A stretch of 64,000 nucleotides of DNA from an uncultured Candidatus Binatia bacterium. GTDB lineage: Bacteria; Desulfobacterota; Binatia; Bin18. A program made the position numbers and the translations under genes. Below are positions 38,463-47,677 of the stretch, piece after piece. How positions within the stretch are numbered: the first letter of the stretch is position 1; each line of letters opens with the position of its first letter. The stretch covers positions 992,001-1,056,000 of the forward strand of contig OZ243961.1 of assembly GCA_965214605.1 (NCBI GenBank), in the 5' to 3' direction. The notes below the pieces were generated by a model. It was not told the origin of the DNA. It was given only the letters and a program-made list of their open reading frames with translations, and searched no databases.

Positions 38463-39629
38463 ATGGTTGACTCAGCGCCCATCAGAAAGGCTGCGGCCAG
38501 CCCTGTGAGTACTTTGGAGTTCCGTCTTGTGCCAACAGACCCTCAACCGGGGGCCTCTGGCCCAGACAGCCGTCCTGACGCCGAGCGTTTCCGGCGGCAG
38601 CTCAAAGAGATTCGGCACGCCTTGGGACACGCCCCGTCCGGCTCCCGCCTGCTCCTTGATTTTGGCGACGTCCGGCGGCTTAACAGTCTTGAGACGGCCA
38701 GCCTGTTGCAGTTAGTTGTGGAGTGTCAAGCCCAGGGGATGGAGGTCCGCTTCGTGAACCTGTCCATTGGGGTACGTCAAGCTTTTAGCGGTCTTGAGGC
38801 GGACCTTCTCAGCCCGTCCCAAGGCGCGCGGGGGCAGCTGTCTTGGTTCGAACACCTAGGCGCCCAGACCCTTGCCCTGATGACTACCGGGCGCCGTCTG
38901 CTGGATATGATCGGTGATCTGGCCTATTGGTTCTGTATTGCACCGTGGCGTGGCAAGGGCGTCAAATGGGACCGGACAGGAGAACAGATCGTCAAGATCG
39001 GTATCGAGGGCATACCGATTGTGACTTTTCTCTCCTTTCTGATCGGAGCGGTGCTGGCACTCAACGCGGCCAGTCAGCTACGTCAGTTCGGGGCTGCCAT
39101 CTATATTGCCAACTTAGTCGGCGTGTCGATGGCCCGTGAAATGGCGCCGCTGATTACTGCCGTCATTGTCGCGGGTCGCAGCGGCTCGGCCATCAGCGCT
39201 GAATTGGGCACCATGGTCGTGTCGGAGGAGATCGACGCCATGCGAACCATGGCCCTGAGCCCGGGCCGGTTCCTCCTCCTGCCCCGCATCATGGCCCTGC
39301 TGTGCGCTGTGCCGTGTCTGACCATTCTCTCGAACCTAGCCGGCATTTTTGGCGGGTATTGGGTCGGCGTTCTCATCCTCGGCCTGGGCAGCCGCAACTA
39401 TATACAGCAAACCGCTCAGGCCCTGTTGATAGGTGACCTGGTGGCCGGGGCGGTCAAGAGTGTGGTCTTTGCCGGCTTAATCGGGCTCGTGGCCTGCTAT
39501 CGCGGCGTGTATGTCGAGGGCGGAGCAGAGGGCGTGGGAACAAGCACTACCGCTTCGGTGGTAACGTCGATTGTGCTGTGCATCTTAGCCGATGCCATCT
39601 TCACTACCATCTTCTTTTATCTGTCTTAG
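38463..39629 (+). CDS. MlaE family ABC permease with N-terminal STAS domain
   Basis: STAS-like LLLDFGDVRRLNS; QLRQFGA, REMAPLITAVIVAGRSGSAISAELGTM, EEIDAMRTM and GGAEGVG motifs. Start uncertain (38346-38463). Confidence 0.92.
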   Translation: MVDSAPIRKAAASPVSTLEFRLVPTDPQPGASGPDSRPDAERFRRQLKEIRHALGHAPSGSRLLLDFGDVRRLNSLETASLLQLVVECQAQGMEVRFVNLSIGVRQAFSGLEADLLSPSQGARGQLSWFEHLGAQTLALMTTGRRLLDMIGDLAYWFCIAPWRGKGVKWDRTGEQIVKIGIEGIPIVTFLSFLIGAVLALNAASQLRQFGAAIYIANLVGVSMAREMAPLITAVIVAGRSGSAISAELGTMVVSEEIDAMRTMALSPGRFLLLPRIMALLCAVPCLTILSNLAGIFGGYWVGVLILGLGSRNYIQQTAQALLIGDLVAGAVKSVVFAGLIGLVACYRGVYVEGGAEGVGTSTTASVVTSIVLCILADAIFTTIFFYLS

Positions 39630-39662
39630 CGCCGCGGGTGGACAGGAGGAGAGGAAAGAGCG

Positions 39663-40484
39663 ATGTCGACCAACTTCAGCCCCGACCCTCCCTACGTCGT
39701 TGTTGAAAATCTGGTTGCCGGCTATGGCGAACGCACGGTTCTCAAGGGGATCAACGTACAGGCTCGACGGGGAGAGATTACCGTTATTTTAGGGGGCAGC
39801 GGCTGTGGCAAAACAACCCTGCTGCGCCATATTGTCGGCCTGCTGACACCCACCTCGGGTCGGGTCTTGATCGACGACCAGGACGTGCACCGGGTAAGCG
39901 AAGAGGATCAAGAAGCGATCTTGCGCAACGTTGGCATGTCCTTCCAGAGCGGGGCGCTATTCAACTCAATGAGCGTAGAAGAAAATGTGATGCTGCCGAT
40001 TATGGAGCACACCCAGGCCTCAACGGAAACGGCCCGGATGCTGGCACGGATGAAACTCTCGCTCGTCGGCCTTGAACACGCCGCCCTTCTGCTGCCGGCC
40101 GAAATAAGCGGTGGCATGAAAAAACGGGCCGCGGTTGCCCGCGCGCTGGCCCTCGACCCCACCCTACTCCTGTTCGATGAACTGTCGGCGGGCTTAGACC
40201 CAGTGACGGCGCGGGAGCTCGACGAACTTGTCCTGCGTTTGAAAGCCCAATTCGACATGACCATTCTGGTTGTGACCCACGAGTTGAACAGCATTCAGAT
40301 GATTGCAGATCAGGCCATTATGCTGCACGATGGGCAGGTGGTGGCGGCCGGCCCCCTGGCGGAGGTTCAGGCCATGGAGATGCCGCAGGTACAGGCGTTT
40401 TTTGACCGCCGACCACGGCAGGCCGTGGTGCGACGCGGGCTGCTTGACCGCCTGACTGAAGAGGATACCGCTGATGGAGCATAA
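39663..40484 (+). CDS. MlaF/Mkl-type ABC ATP-binding protein
   Basis: GGSGCGKT, FQSGALFNSM, ISGGMKKRAAVARALALDP, FDE and VTH motifs. Confidence 0.95.
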   Translation: MSTNFSPDPPYVVVENLVAGYGERTVLKGINVQARRGEITVILGGSGCGKTTLLRHIVGLLTPTSGRVLIDDQDVHRVSEEDQEAILRNVGMSFQSGALFNSMSVEENVMLPIMEHTQASTETARMLARMKLSLVGLEHAALLLPAEISGGMKKRAAVARALALDPTLLLFDELSAGLDPVTARELDELVLRLKAQFDMTILVVTHELNSIQMIADQAIMLHDGQVVAAGPLAEVQAMEMPQVQAFFDRRPRQAVVRRGLLDRLTEEDTADGA

Positions 40485-41421
40485 CATGGGTAGAACCCGC
40501 CTCAAAGTTGGCCTGTTTGTTACCCTCAGCTTTTTCCTGTTTGCCGCGGCCATTCTGTGGTTGGCCGGCTCTCGTTTTCTCCAGCCGGTCGATACCTACA
40601 CCATCTACTTCACTAGGTCGGTCAGCGGGCTGTTGCCCGGCGCGGCGGTTGAGTATCAAGGCGTCCCGGTCGGCAAAGTGGAGGCCCTCCACTTAACCGC
40701 TGAGACCCCGCCACGCGCCCAAGTCGTCGTCGCTCTCCAGCCCGGGATTCCGGTCCGGCGCGATACCATCGCCCATCTAGTCGGGTCGTTTGTGACCGGA
40801 ATTCGATTCGTGCAGCTTGAGGGGGGCTCGACCGACGCTCCGCTGCTGGAGCCCGGCGGGACTATTGTAGTCCGCGAGGGCGGCCTTGAAGAGTTTCGGG
40901 ATCAGGCCAGCGAAATCTCCCAACGTTTGATCACGACCCTCAGCCGCATCGAACAAGACCTGTTAAGCCGACAAAACCGAGAGGCGGTCACCACGTTTTT
41001 ACACAGCATGTCGGTCTTGGCCGAGAATCTGCGTACCTCTATTGACGCGATTGTCACGCCGGAGACCCACCTCGCCCTCAAGGCGATGGTCAATAATCTG
41101 GCCGAGGCAGCGGCGGGGATTAAACATACCACCCTCGCCATCAACGAGGTCCGGGACGAACTCTTCCGGGACGGCCAGACGATGTTGGTCCAGATTCGCC
41201 ACACCGCAGAAATGACCGCCCGACTAGCGGATGAGGTCGCCCAGCTGACCAAGCATCTCGATGAACTTGTGGTCGAAAACCGGCCCCAGTTACACCAGCT
41301 GTTGACCAACTTGGCAGACGCCTCGTACGACCTCAAAGAGGCAAGCGATACAATCCGGACCGATCCGTCGGGTCTCATCTGGAGCAAAAACAGGCCGCCG
41401 CGAAAGCTGCCCGATCCATGA
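40474..41421 (+). CDS. MlaD/MCE family protein with helical C-terminal region
   Basis: N-terminal TM KVGLFV, then SVSGLLPGAAVEYQGVPVGKV (MCE domain), a helical tail and DPSGLI. Confidence 0.92.
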   Translation: MEHNMGRTRLKVGLFVTLSFFLFAAAILWLAGSRFLQPVDTYTIYFTRSVSGLLPGAAVEYQGVPVGKVEALHLTAETPPRAQVVVALQPGIPVRRDTIAHLVGSFVTGIRFVQLEGGSTDAPLLEPGGTIVVREGGLEEFRDQASEISQRLITTLSRIEQDLLSRQNREAVTTFLHSMSVLAENLRTSIDAIVTPETHLALKAMVNNLAEAAAGIKHTTLAINEVRDELFRDGQTMLVQIRHTAEMTARLADEVAQLTKHLDELVVENRPQLHQLLTNLADASYDLKEASDTIRTDPSGLIWSKNRPPRKLPDP

Positions 41422-42059
41422 GAGCGTTCTGGAAATACGAGCGTGTGACCCGCGTTTTGTTGAACCCGCCGCTCTTGTACAGCCTGCTGAGCTGCAGCCT
41501 GCTTTTAGGAGGCTGCGGCCTGATCAAGCCGGCTCCCGTCGTTCAGTACTATGTCCTGACTCTGCCGAGCCTGCCCGAGGCGAGTCTCCCCGCCAATCCA
41601 ACCCTGGTGGTTCGCACGCTCAGGGCCCGCGACCCCTACGACCAACGGCGTCTGGTCTATCGCTCTTCGCCGTACCACCTCAACTTTTATACCTATCATC
41701 GTTGGGCCAGTTCGCCGGCGGAGCAGATAACGGACTGGACGCGTCGTTATCTGCGGAACAGCGGGCTGTTTGCCAAAGTCTTTCCCACTTCGCAAGGAGA
41801 TGCCGACTACATCCTGGATGGGACCCTACGGCACCTCGAAGAGATTGACCGTGATCAGACCTGGGAAGCCGCCCTAGGACTCGAATTTTGGCTTACCCGC
41901 CCGCCGCAACGCCCGCCGGTTTGGTTTGAGTCATATTCGGTCAGCCGCCAAGCCACCAAGCGTAATCCGGCCGCGGTCGCCAAAGCCATGAGTCACAATC
42001 TTGGCGTTGTGCTGCACCAGTTGGTGGCCGACCTCGCGCCGGTGGTCGAGGCCAAGTAG
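41418..42059 (+). CDS. PqiC / ABC-type transport auxiliary lipoprotein
   Basis: Lipobox LLGGC, YYVL, LVYR and YHRWASSP motifs. Last gene of the MCE operon. Confidence 0.88.
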   Translation: MRAFWKYERVTRVLLNPPLLYSLLSCSLLLGGCGLIKPAPVVQYYVLTLPSLPEASLPANPTLVVRTLRARDPYDQRRLVYRSSPYHLNFYTYHRWASSPAEQITDWTRRYLRNSGLFAKVFPTSQGDADYILDGTLRHLEEIDRDQTWEAALGLEFWLTRPPQRPPVWFESYSVSRQATKRNPAAVAKAMSHNLGVVLHQLVADLAPVVEAK

Positions 42060-42534
42060 AGGCGCTCGGTCAAGAGCTGTTGATAAAACGCCCTGAGCCG
42101 CTCGGGACGCGACACAGGGTCGTCAAAAACAGCGTGCTAGTATAGAGCAGCGCCCCCCAGGGCAGAGCTGGCCGGCCCCGACGTATACGCCGGGCCGAGA
42201 CCGGAAAGAGAGCTAAGCATCTTCCGTGCGCCTTGGCACGAGAGTAAACCCACCCCGGCCGTGCTTCCCAGTTCAAAAAAGGTCTTCACCCCCAGCCACG
42301 ATCAACAGCAGAGCTGGGGGTGCGGCAGTTTCAGCTGGAGCGTGCGAATCACGGACAGGTCAGCAACGGGCAGTGGAGTTGTGTCGACTGCTCCAGCGGC
42401 AAAGGCCGAGGCTAACAGGTGAGGGGACATGTGGGCTTTTCAGCCCAGCAATTAACGAGGACACGATCGTCGGGAGACACCAGCGAACCGAGAAGCCGTT
42501 TCGAGGGAGCCCTGCGCACCCTCATAGTCCGTCC

Positions 42535-42993
42535 TCACACGTAATAGCGATACACCCCCTCTGCCACACACGCCGGTTTGGCCTGACCCTCGACCTCAAA
42601 GGTGATGCCCACCGTGACCTGGACACCCCCCTGGACATCCTCAACATTGGCCAGGGTGGCCCGAGCACGAACGCGGCTGCCAACCGGTACGGGTGACGGA
42701 AAGCGGAGTTTGTTGAGCCCGTAGTTGACCCCCATCTTAACCTTCTGGACGGCCCAGATTTGACTCATCAAATACGGAGCCAAGGAGAGGGTATAATAGC
42801 CGTGTGCCACTGGCCCGCCAAACGGCGACTCTTTCTTTGCCCGCTCCACGTCCAAATGGATCCACTGATGGTCATGCGTGGCCTGGGCAAACGCCTTAAT
42901 CTCTTCCTGGGTGACCAAGTGCCAGTCTGAAACGCCTAGTTCTTGCCCAACGAGGGACTGAACATCCTGGTACTCAACCATTCGTGCTGTCAT
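42535..42993 (-). CDS. MaoC family dehydratase (NodN-like hotdog)
   Basis: VTQEEIKAFAQATHDHQWIH, AHGYYTLSL and NYGLNKLRFPSPVPVG motifs. Confidence 0.95.
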   Translation of the reverse strand: MTARMVEYQDVQSLVGQELGVSDWHLVTQEEIKAFAQATHDHQWIHLDVERAKKESPFGGPVAHGYYTLSLAPYLMSQIWAVQKVKMGVNYGLNKLRFPSPVPVGSRVRARATLANVEDVQGGVQVTVGITFEVEGQAKPACVAEGVYRYYV

Positions 42994-43081
42994 AGCAGGA
43001 GCTCCTTTCTGCGGCTGTGTTTATCTACTACGATTGTTGTCGGGGGAGCAATGCGACTCCGAACCGGATAGAGGAGAAGGC

Positions 43082-43285
43082 ATGGACAAAGACCAGTCAG
43101 CCCCGCCACAGCTCGGCTTATGCCAAACCTGTGCCTACGCTCGTGAGATTACTAGTGCAAAAGGTTCACGATTTTTGTACTGCTTGCGAGCAGAGCAGGC
43201 CGAAACCGACAGGAGGTATGCCAGATACCCCCGTCTGCCGGTCCTGGAGTGTCCAGGCTATACGCTTCGTTCGGACGGTTCCTAG
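43082..43285 (+). CDS. Small four-cysteine (putative zinc-binding) protein
   Basis: GLCQTCAYA...KGSRFLYC...D.RYARYPRLPVLECPGY. GAGGAG RBS before ATG 43082. Confidence 0.75.
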   Translation: MDKDQSAPPQLGLCQTCAYAREITSAKGSRFLYCLRAEQAETDRRYARYPRLPVLECPGYTLRSDGS

Positions 43286-43316
43286 GAGCATCCCTAAGGG
43301 GACTCCGGTACGGGGT

Positions 43317-44486
43317 CTAGTTATGAATAATCATGCCCGTATTGGGCACCCCGTTCCCCGAGGTCACCAGAGCAATCTCGGCGTCTTGGACCTGGTTAAT
43401 GGCCTGCCCACGCAACTGGCGAACGGCTTCCACAATATTTTCCATGCCGTGAATATAGCCCTCCGACAGATTCCCACCGCTGGTATTAAACGGCAAGCTG
43501 CCGTCCGGATAGAGCAGTTTGCCGTCCGACACAAACGGACCGCCTTCACCGCGTTTACAGAAGCCGAGTTCTTCAAACGCCATCAACACCAGCGGGGTGA
43601 AGTGATCGTACAGATAGCACAGATCAAGGTCGGCATGGCTGATGCCCGCACGGCCAAACATGGCTTTGGCAACAACCGTTGATTCGGTCTCCCGGCTTTC
43701 AATATCCTTGACCACCCGCTGGGTATTCCACTCACCAGCCCCAAATCCGCCGCTCATAATGTACACCGGCTTCTGTTTCAGAGCCTTGGCCCGCTCGGCG
43801 CTAGTAATCACCACCGCGGCCCCACCGTCGGTTTCTAAACAACAGTCGAGCAGGCGTAGCGGGTCGGCGATCATGCGCGAGTTCTGGTGGTCTTCAAGCG
43901 TGATCGCTCGGCCGCGCATAACCGCGTTGGGATTGGTCTGAGCATGGGTCCGGCAGGCGACCGCAATGGAGCCAAAATGCTCGCTCTTGGTGCCGTACAA
44001 ATGCATATGCCGTCGGGCCGCCAGGGCCACCATCTGGGCCGGACTGAACAGACCATAGGGTTCGAGGTAGGCACCGACTCCCGATACGCCGCGGCGAACC
44101 GCGGCCTGTCCAAAGCGGGGGGTCCCCCGGCCGGAGCGTTCATTCATGGCGCGAAAGGCAATGACTGTCTTGGCCATGCCGGTCGCCACTGCCATGGCCG
44201 CTAATAAGATCGAGCCGACCGGACCACCACCACCGCCGTAGGCCACTTCGCCAAAGAAGCGCAGTTCGGGCACTCCGAGGTGGGCGGCTAACTCGACCGG
44301 GTCGTTATTATCCATCGTATACTTGGCAATTCCGTCAATATCGCTCGTTGTCAAGCCCGCGTCGTCGATCGCTCGCCGGATGCATTCGATGGCTAGACTG
44401 ATCTCGCTGCGGCCCGAGTCCTTGGAGTACTCGGTGTGTCCAACACCGACAATTGCGGCTTTGTCTGTCAGGGTTTCAATCGACAT
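43317..44486 (-). CDS. Lipid-transfer protein / SCP2-type thiolase-like, Ltp2 (aldolase) subtype
   Basis: AAIVGVGHTEYSKDSGRSE, PLRLLDCCLETDG, LYDHFTP and GGNLSEGYIHG motifs. No N-terminal catalytic Cys. Start at 44486 after AGGAGG. Confidence 0.88.
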   Translation of the reverse strand: MSIETLTDKAAIVGVGHTEYSKDSGRSEISLAIECIRRAIDDAGLTTSDIDGIAKYTMDNNDPVELAAHLGVPELRFFGEVAYGGGGGPVGSILLAAMAVATGMAKTVIAFRAMNERSGRGTPRFGQAAVRRGVSGVGAYLEPYGLFSPAQMVALAARRHMHLYGTKSEHFGSIAVACRTHAQTNPNAVMRGRAITLEDHQNSRMIADPLRLLDCCLETDGGAAVVITSAERAKALKQKPVYIMSGGFGAGEWNTQRVVKDIESRETESTVVAKAMFGRAGISHADLDLCYLYDHFTPLVLMAFEELGFCKRGEGGPFVSDGKLLYPDGSLPFNTSGGNLSEGYIHGMENIVEAVRQLRGQAINQVQDAEIALVTSGNGVPNTGMIIHN

Positions 44487-44628
44487 GGCAGCCCTCCTGT
44501 TCGGCAAGCGATTAGAGCATAGCTCATGCTGATTGGCTACTGCTGGCTGTGGCACTGATTCTCGGCGCCGGGCAGACGTGTTAGACTGCATGCCGCCAAA
44601 ACACACCACCTAGCTAAGGAGAAAAACG

Positions 44629-45294
44629 ATGATTATCCTCTATACGACCGAACGCGAGTACCCATACGGCATCTTGCGCTCAACCAACGCCAGCAAAGTC
44701 AAAGTCATCCTTGAAGAAAAAAGTCTGGCCTACCGGGTCGAACGTTTACGGCCGGGCGACCTGTGGAAAAAGCCGCCCCAAATGGTGGCCAAGCATCCGT
44801 TGGGCAAAGTGCCCTACATTGAGGACGATGGGCTGGTGGTATACGATTCGTCGGTGATTAACGAGTATCTGGAAGAGCGCTATCCTGAGCCCCGGCTGTT
44901 GCCCTACGATCCGCTTGACCGGGTCCGGGTCCGGATGTTGGAGAATTTTGGCGACGAGGCAATTTTGGTCGGTGATCTCCCCGCAATTTGGATGCCGTGG
45001 TGGGCAAAACCCGACCAGCGCGATACAGCCCGGATGGAAAGGGGCCGTGAGGGGCTGCGCAAACGCGCCCTGCCCTATCTTGAGAAAGAACTGGAGGGAC
45101 GCGACTATATATGCGGCGCGTTCAGCCTGGCCGACGCGCCGTATATGCCAATGGCAATGGTCTTAGAGGTGGACGGCATGTCGCTCGATGCTTTCCCACG
45201 TGTAGCAGCCTATCTCGACCGTTTACGCGCCCGACCAAGCTATCGCTCCATTAGTCCCAAGACCTCCTTGGCCGATTCGGCTGGGCGTTCATAA
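44629..45294 (+). CDS. Glutathione S-transferase family protein
   Basis: KVKVILEEK, HPLGKVP, YDSSVINEYLEERYP and GAFSLAD motifs. Confidence 0.92.
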   Translation: MIILYTTEREYPYGILRSTNASKVKVILEEKSLAYRVERLRPGDLWKKPPQMVAKHPLGKVPYIEDDGLVVYDSSVINEYLEERYPEPRLLPYDPLDRVRVRMLENFGDEAILVGDLPAIWMPWWAKPDQRDTARMERGREGLRKRALPYLEKELEGRDYICGAFSLADAPYMPMAMVLEVDGMSLDAFPRVAAYLDRLRARPSYRSISPKTSLADSAGRS

Positions 45295-46430
45295 GCGGTG
45301 TCGGTCTCTCGTCTTTCCAGCCGGTGCCTTCTTTATCCCGCTGTGCCTGGTTCCTCCGGGATTTTTCTCCGGCTTTTTTCTTTTTCCCGATGCCTCCTTA
45401 ATTGATTCAAACAGCTAAGCGGCTGGAAGGGCGACGCTGACCTGTTGATCGGCACTTCAAGCTTCGTCTCGCTGGCCCGACCGACCCGGTCAAGTGGCTA
45501 TGGCGACCGCCTCGGTCGAACTGTTTGCTTGCGGTTCGGCTTGGTCAATATCTCCTTCATTCAGGCAACGGGGATAAGGCCTTACCCTTGAGATCATGCA
45601 CGGCCCCACGCTCTATCCGTGTGGGAGGAGGGTCTGGCCGGACTGCTGCCTGGACTCGGTCAGAAAGTCGGCTGGCCGGATAATTTTCCCCTCCTGTTTT
45701 TCATCGCTACTAGGACCGCCTTTCCGGCCAGCGGCTTGAGCAGCCGTCTCCAGGAACGCCCTCCCTCGGCCGAGCAGCCTGCAACGCCTCAATTTTTTGC
45801 CTCGGAAGCCTTGCTCCCAGGAGTCGTTCAGCTGTTAGAGCCCTGACCTTTACGTTCTCCACGACCTTTTTGTCCCTAGTATGCCCAGACATTGGATCTG
45901 GACAACGCCGGCTATTTGTATTCAAACTACACGCTCGGAGCTGATGGCAACCCGCATACTCAGGGCTCGCCTAGGTGACCCTGCGGCTGCTCGGCAGTCG
46001 TCCACCCCCGGTTTGGTTCTCGCCCCCATTCCCTAGCTCGTTTTTGCTTTTACCTGGGATGTTCAAACCTACTACAGAGGCGTAAGGCTGGCGGTATCGG
46101 TTTAGCCCATCTCGGGTCATTGATGATCAACCGTCTGACACCCGAACGACGCGGCCTGAGCATGACGCCCTTCGCTCAGAGTTTTGACTTGAGGATAGGG
46201 CAGGCGGAGTGCTGATGGGTAGCCAGGCCGGTCTTCCCCCAATGGAGGTCTGCAGGAGCGGCTGTTTAGGTATCGACTGAGTCATTTTTTTGGATATCGG
46301 CACCCAAAAGCCCGCTCCTCAAGCTTCTTGATCAGGGCTGCGGCGGTGGTTTGCTGCTCGATCGCTTGCGAATCCTCAGCACCGTCGTTTATCCTGACCG
46401 TATAGGCCAGCGATTAAGGAGCCAGCGTCC

Positions 46431-47672
46431 GTGCAATTTGCCCGTTCCTCACACGCCCCTCGGCATACCCCGGAACCACCTCGGCCGGCCAACGACTGCC
46501 GGTCTGAATTTGAACGCGACCGGGCCCGTATTATTCACTCGGCCGCGTTTCGTCGCTTACAGGGCAAAACCCAGGTATTTGGGGTCTATGAGGGCGATTT
46601 TTTTCGGACTCGTCTCACCCATTCGCTCGAAGTCGCTCAGATTGCCAAGGGGATCGCACTGTCACTGGGCGCGGATATCGATTTGGTTGAGGCGATCTGC
46701 CTGGCCCACGATCTCGGTCACCCGCCGTTCGGACACGCCGGAGAACGCCTCCTACACGACCACATGCGTGACTACGGCGGCTTTGAGAGTAACGCCCAGA
46801 CCTTCCGGATCGTAACCCGGCTCGAACACAAACACATCGCCTATACGGGTTTGAATCTCACCTACCCCAGTCTCGACGGACTGCTGAAGTACAAGACCTG
46901 CATTAACACCCAGGCTCTAAAGTCGGCCCGGCGTGCACCGCTGAAGGGCTATTACGCCACAGATCGTGACTTGGTTGAGGCGATTACCTGTTTGACCGGC
47001 AGCGGTCAGCAGCGCAGTCTAGAGTGCCAGATTATGGACGTGGCCGATGATATTGCCTATTCGGTACACGATCTTGAAGATAGCCTACAGGCCGGACTCA
47101 TAACGGTTGCCGACTTTCACCGCTTTCCTGCTCAGCGTTTAGTACCCGAGGTCAACGTCAAACTCTCCGTCTGGCGGCAGACGATCGACGCCGAAACGGT
47201 CCGGACGGTACTCGCTCAGATCGCGGCTCAGCTCGAATCCCTGGAGCAGACGGCCGGGCGGGCGGCGCATAAGATGCTGACCCGTGATCTCATCTCCACG
47301 TTTGCCAGCACAGTCAGCCGGCAGCAGGACGGGCGCATTGACGCGGCCTTCTCCGAACGGGGGCAGATCGAAGTTCTGAAAGCCTTTGAGTCGCAGAAAG
47401 TCATTCACAACCCACGTGTGAACACGCTCAGCTATAAGGGCAAGGAGATCCTAGCACGCCTGTTCCGCGTCCTCGATCAGGGTCCTGAATCGGTCGGCCT
47501 GTTGCCCGAAGAGTGGGGCGAGCACTACCAGCGCGCCTTGCATGAGGGCGATGAGCCGGCCCGCAAGCGGGTGATCTGTGACTTCCTATCCGGCATGACC
47601 GATTCGTATGCAGCACGCTTCTACAGCCGTCTGTTTGTGCCCGGTGAGGGGAGTTTTTACGAAATGCTGTGA
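46431..47672 (+). CDS. dgt: Deoxyguanosinetriphosphate triphosphohydrolase (HD-domain dNTPase)
   Basis: FERDRARIIHSAAFRRLQGKTQVF, RTRLTHSLEV, HDLGHPPFGHAGE, DDIAY and DFLSGMTD motifs. GTG start after AAGGAG. Confidence 0.92.
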   Translation: MQFARSSHAPRHTPEPPRPANDCRSEFERDRARIIHSAAFRRLQGKTQVFGVYEGDFFRTRLTHSLEVAQIAKGIALSLGADIDLVEAICLAHDLGHPPFGHAGERLLHDHMRDYGGFESNAQTFRIVTRLEHKHIAYTGLNLTYPSLDGLLKYKTCINTQALKSARRAPLKGYYATDRDLVEAITCLTGSGQQRSLECQIMDVADDIAYSVHDLEDSLQAGLITVADFHRFPAQRLVPEVNVKLSVWRQTIDAETVRTVLAQIAAQLESLEQTAGRAAHKMLTRDLISTFASTVSRQQDGRIDAAFSERGQIEVLKAFESQKVIHNPRVNTLSYKGKEILARLFRVLDQGPESVGLLPEEWGEHYQRALHEGDEPARKRVICDFLSGMTDSYAARFYSRLFVPGEGSFYEML

Positions 47673-47677
47673 GAGGT

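Noticed and set aside
42190-42225. GACCGGAAAGAGAGC as SRP RNA domain IV
   Set aside because: Does not match the CAGG-CCGGAAGG-AGCAGC core and has no enclosing long helix.
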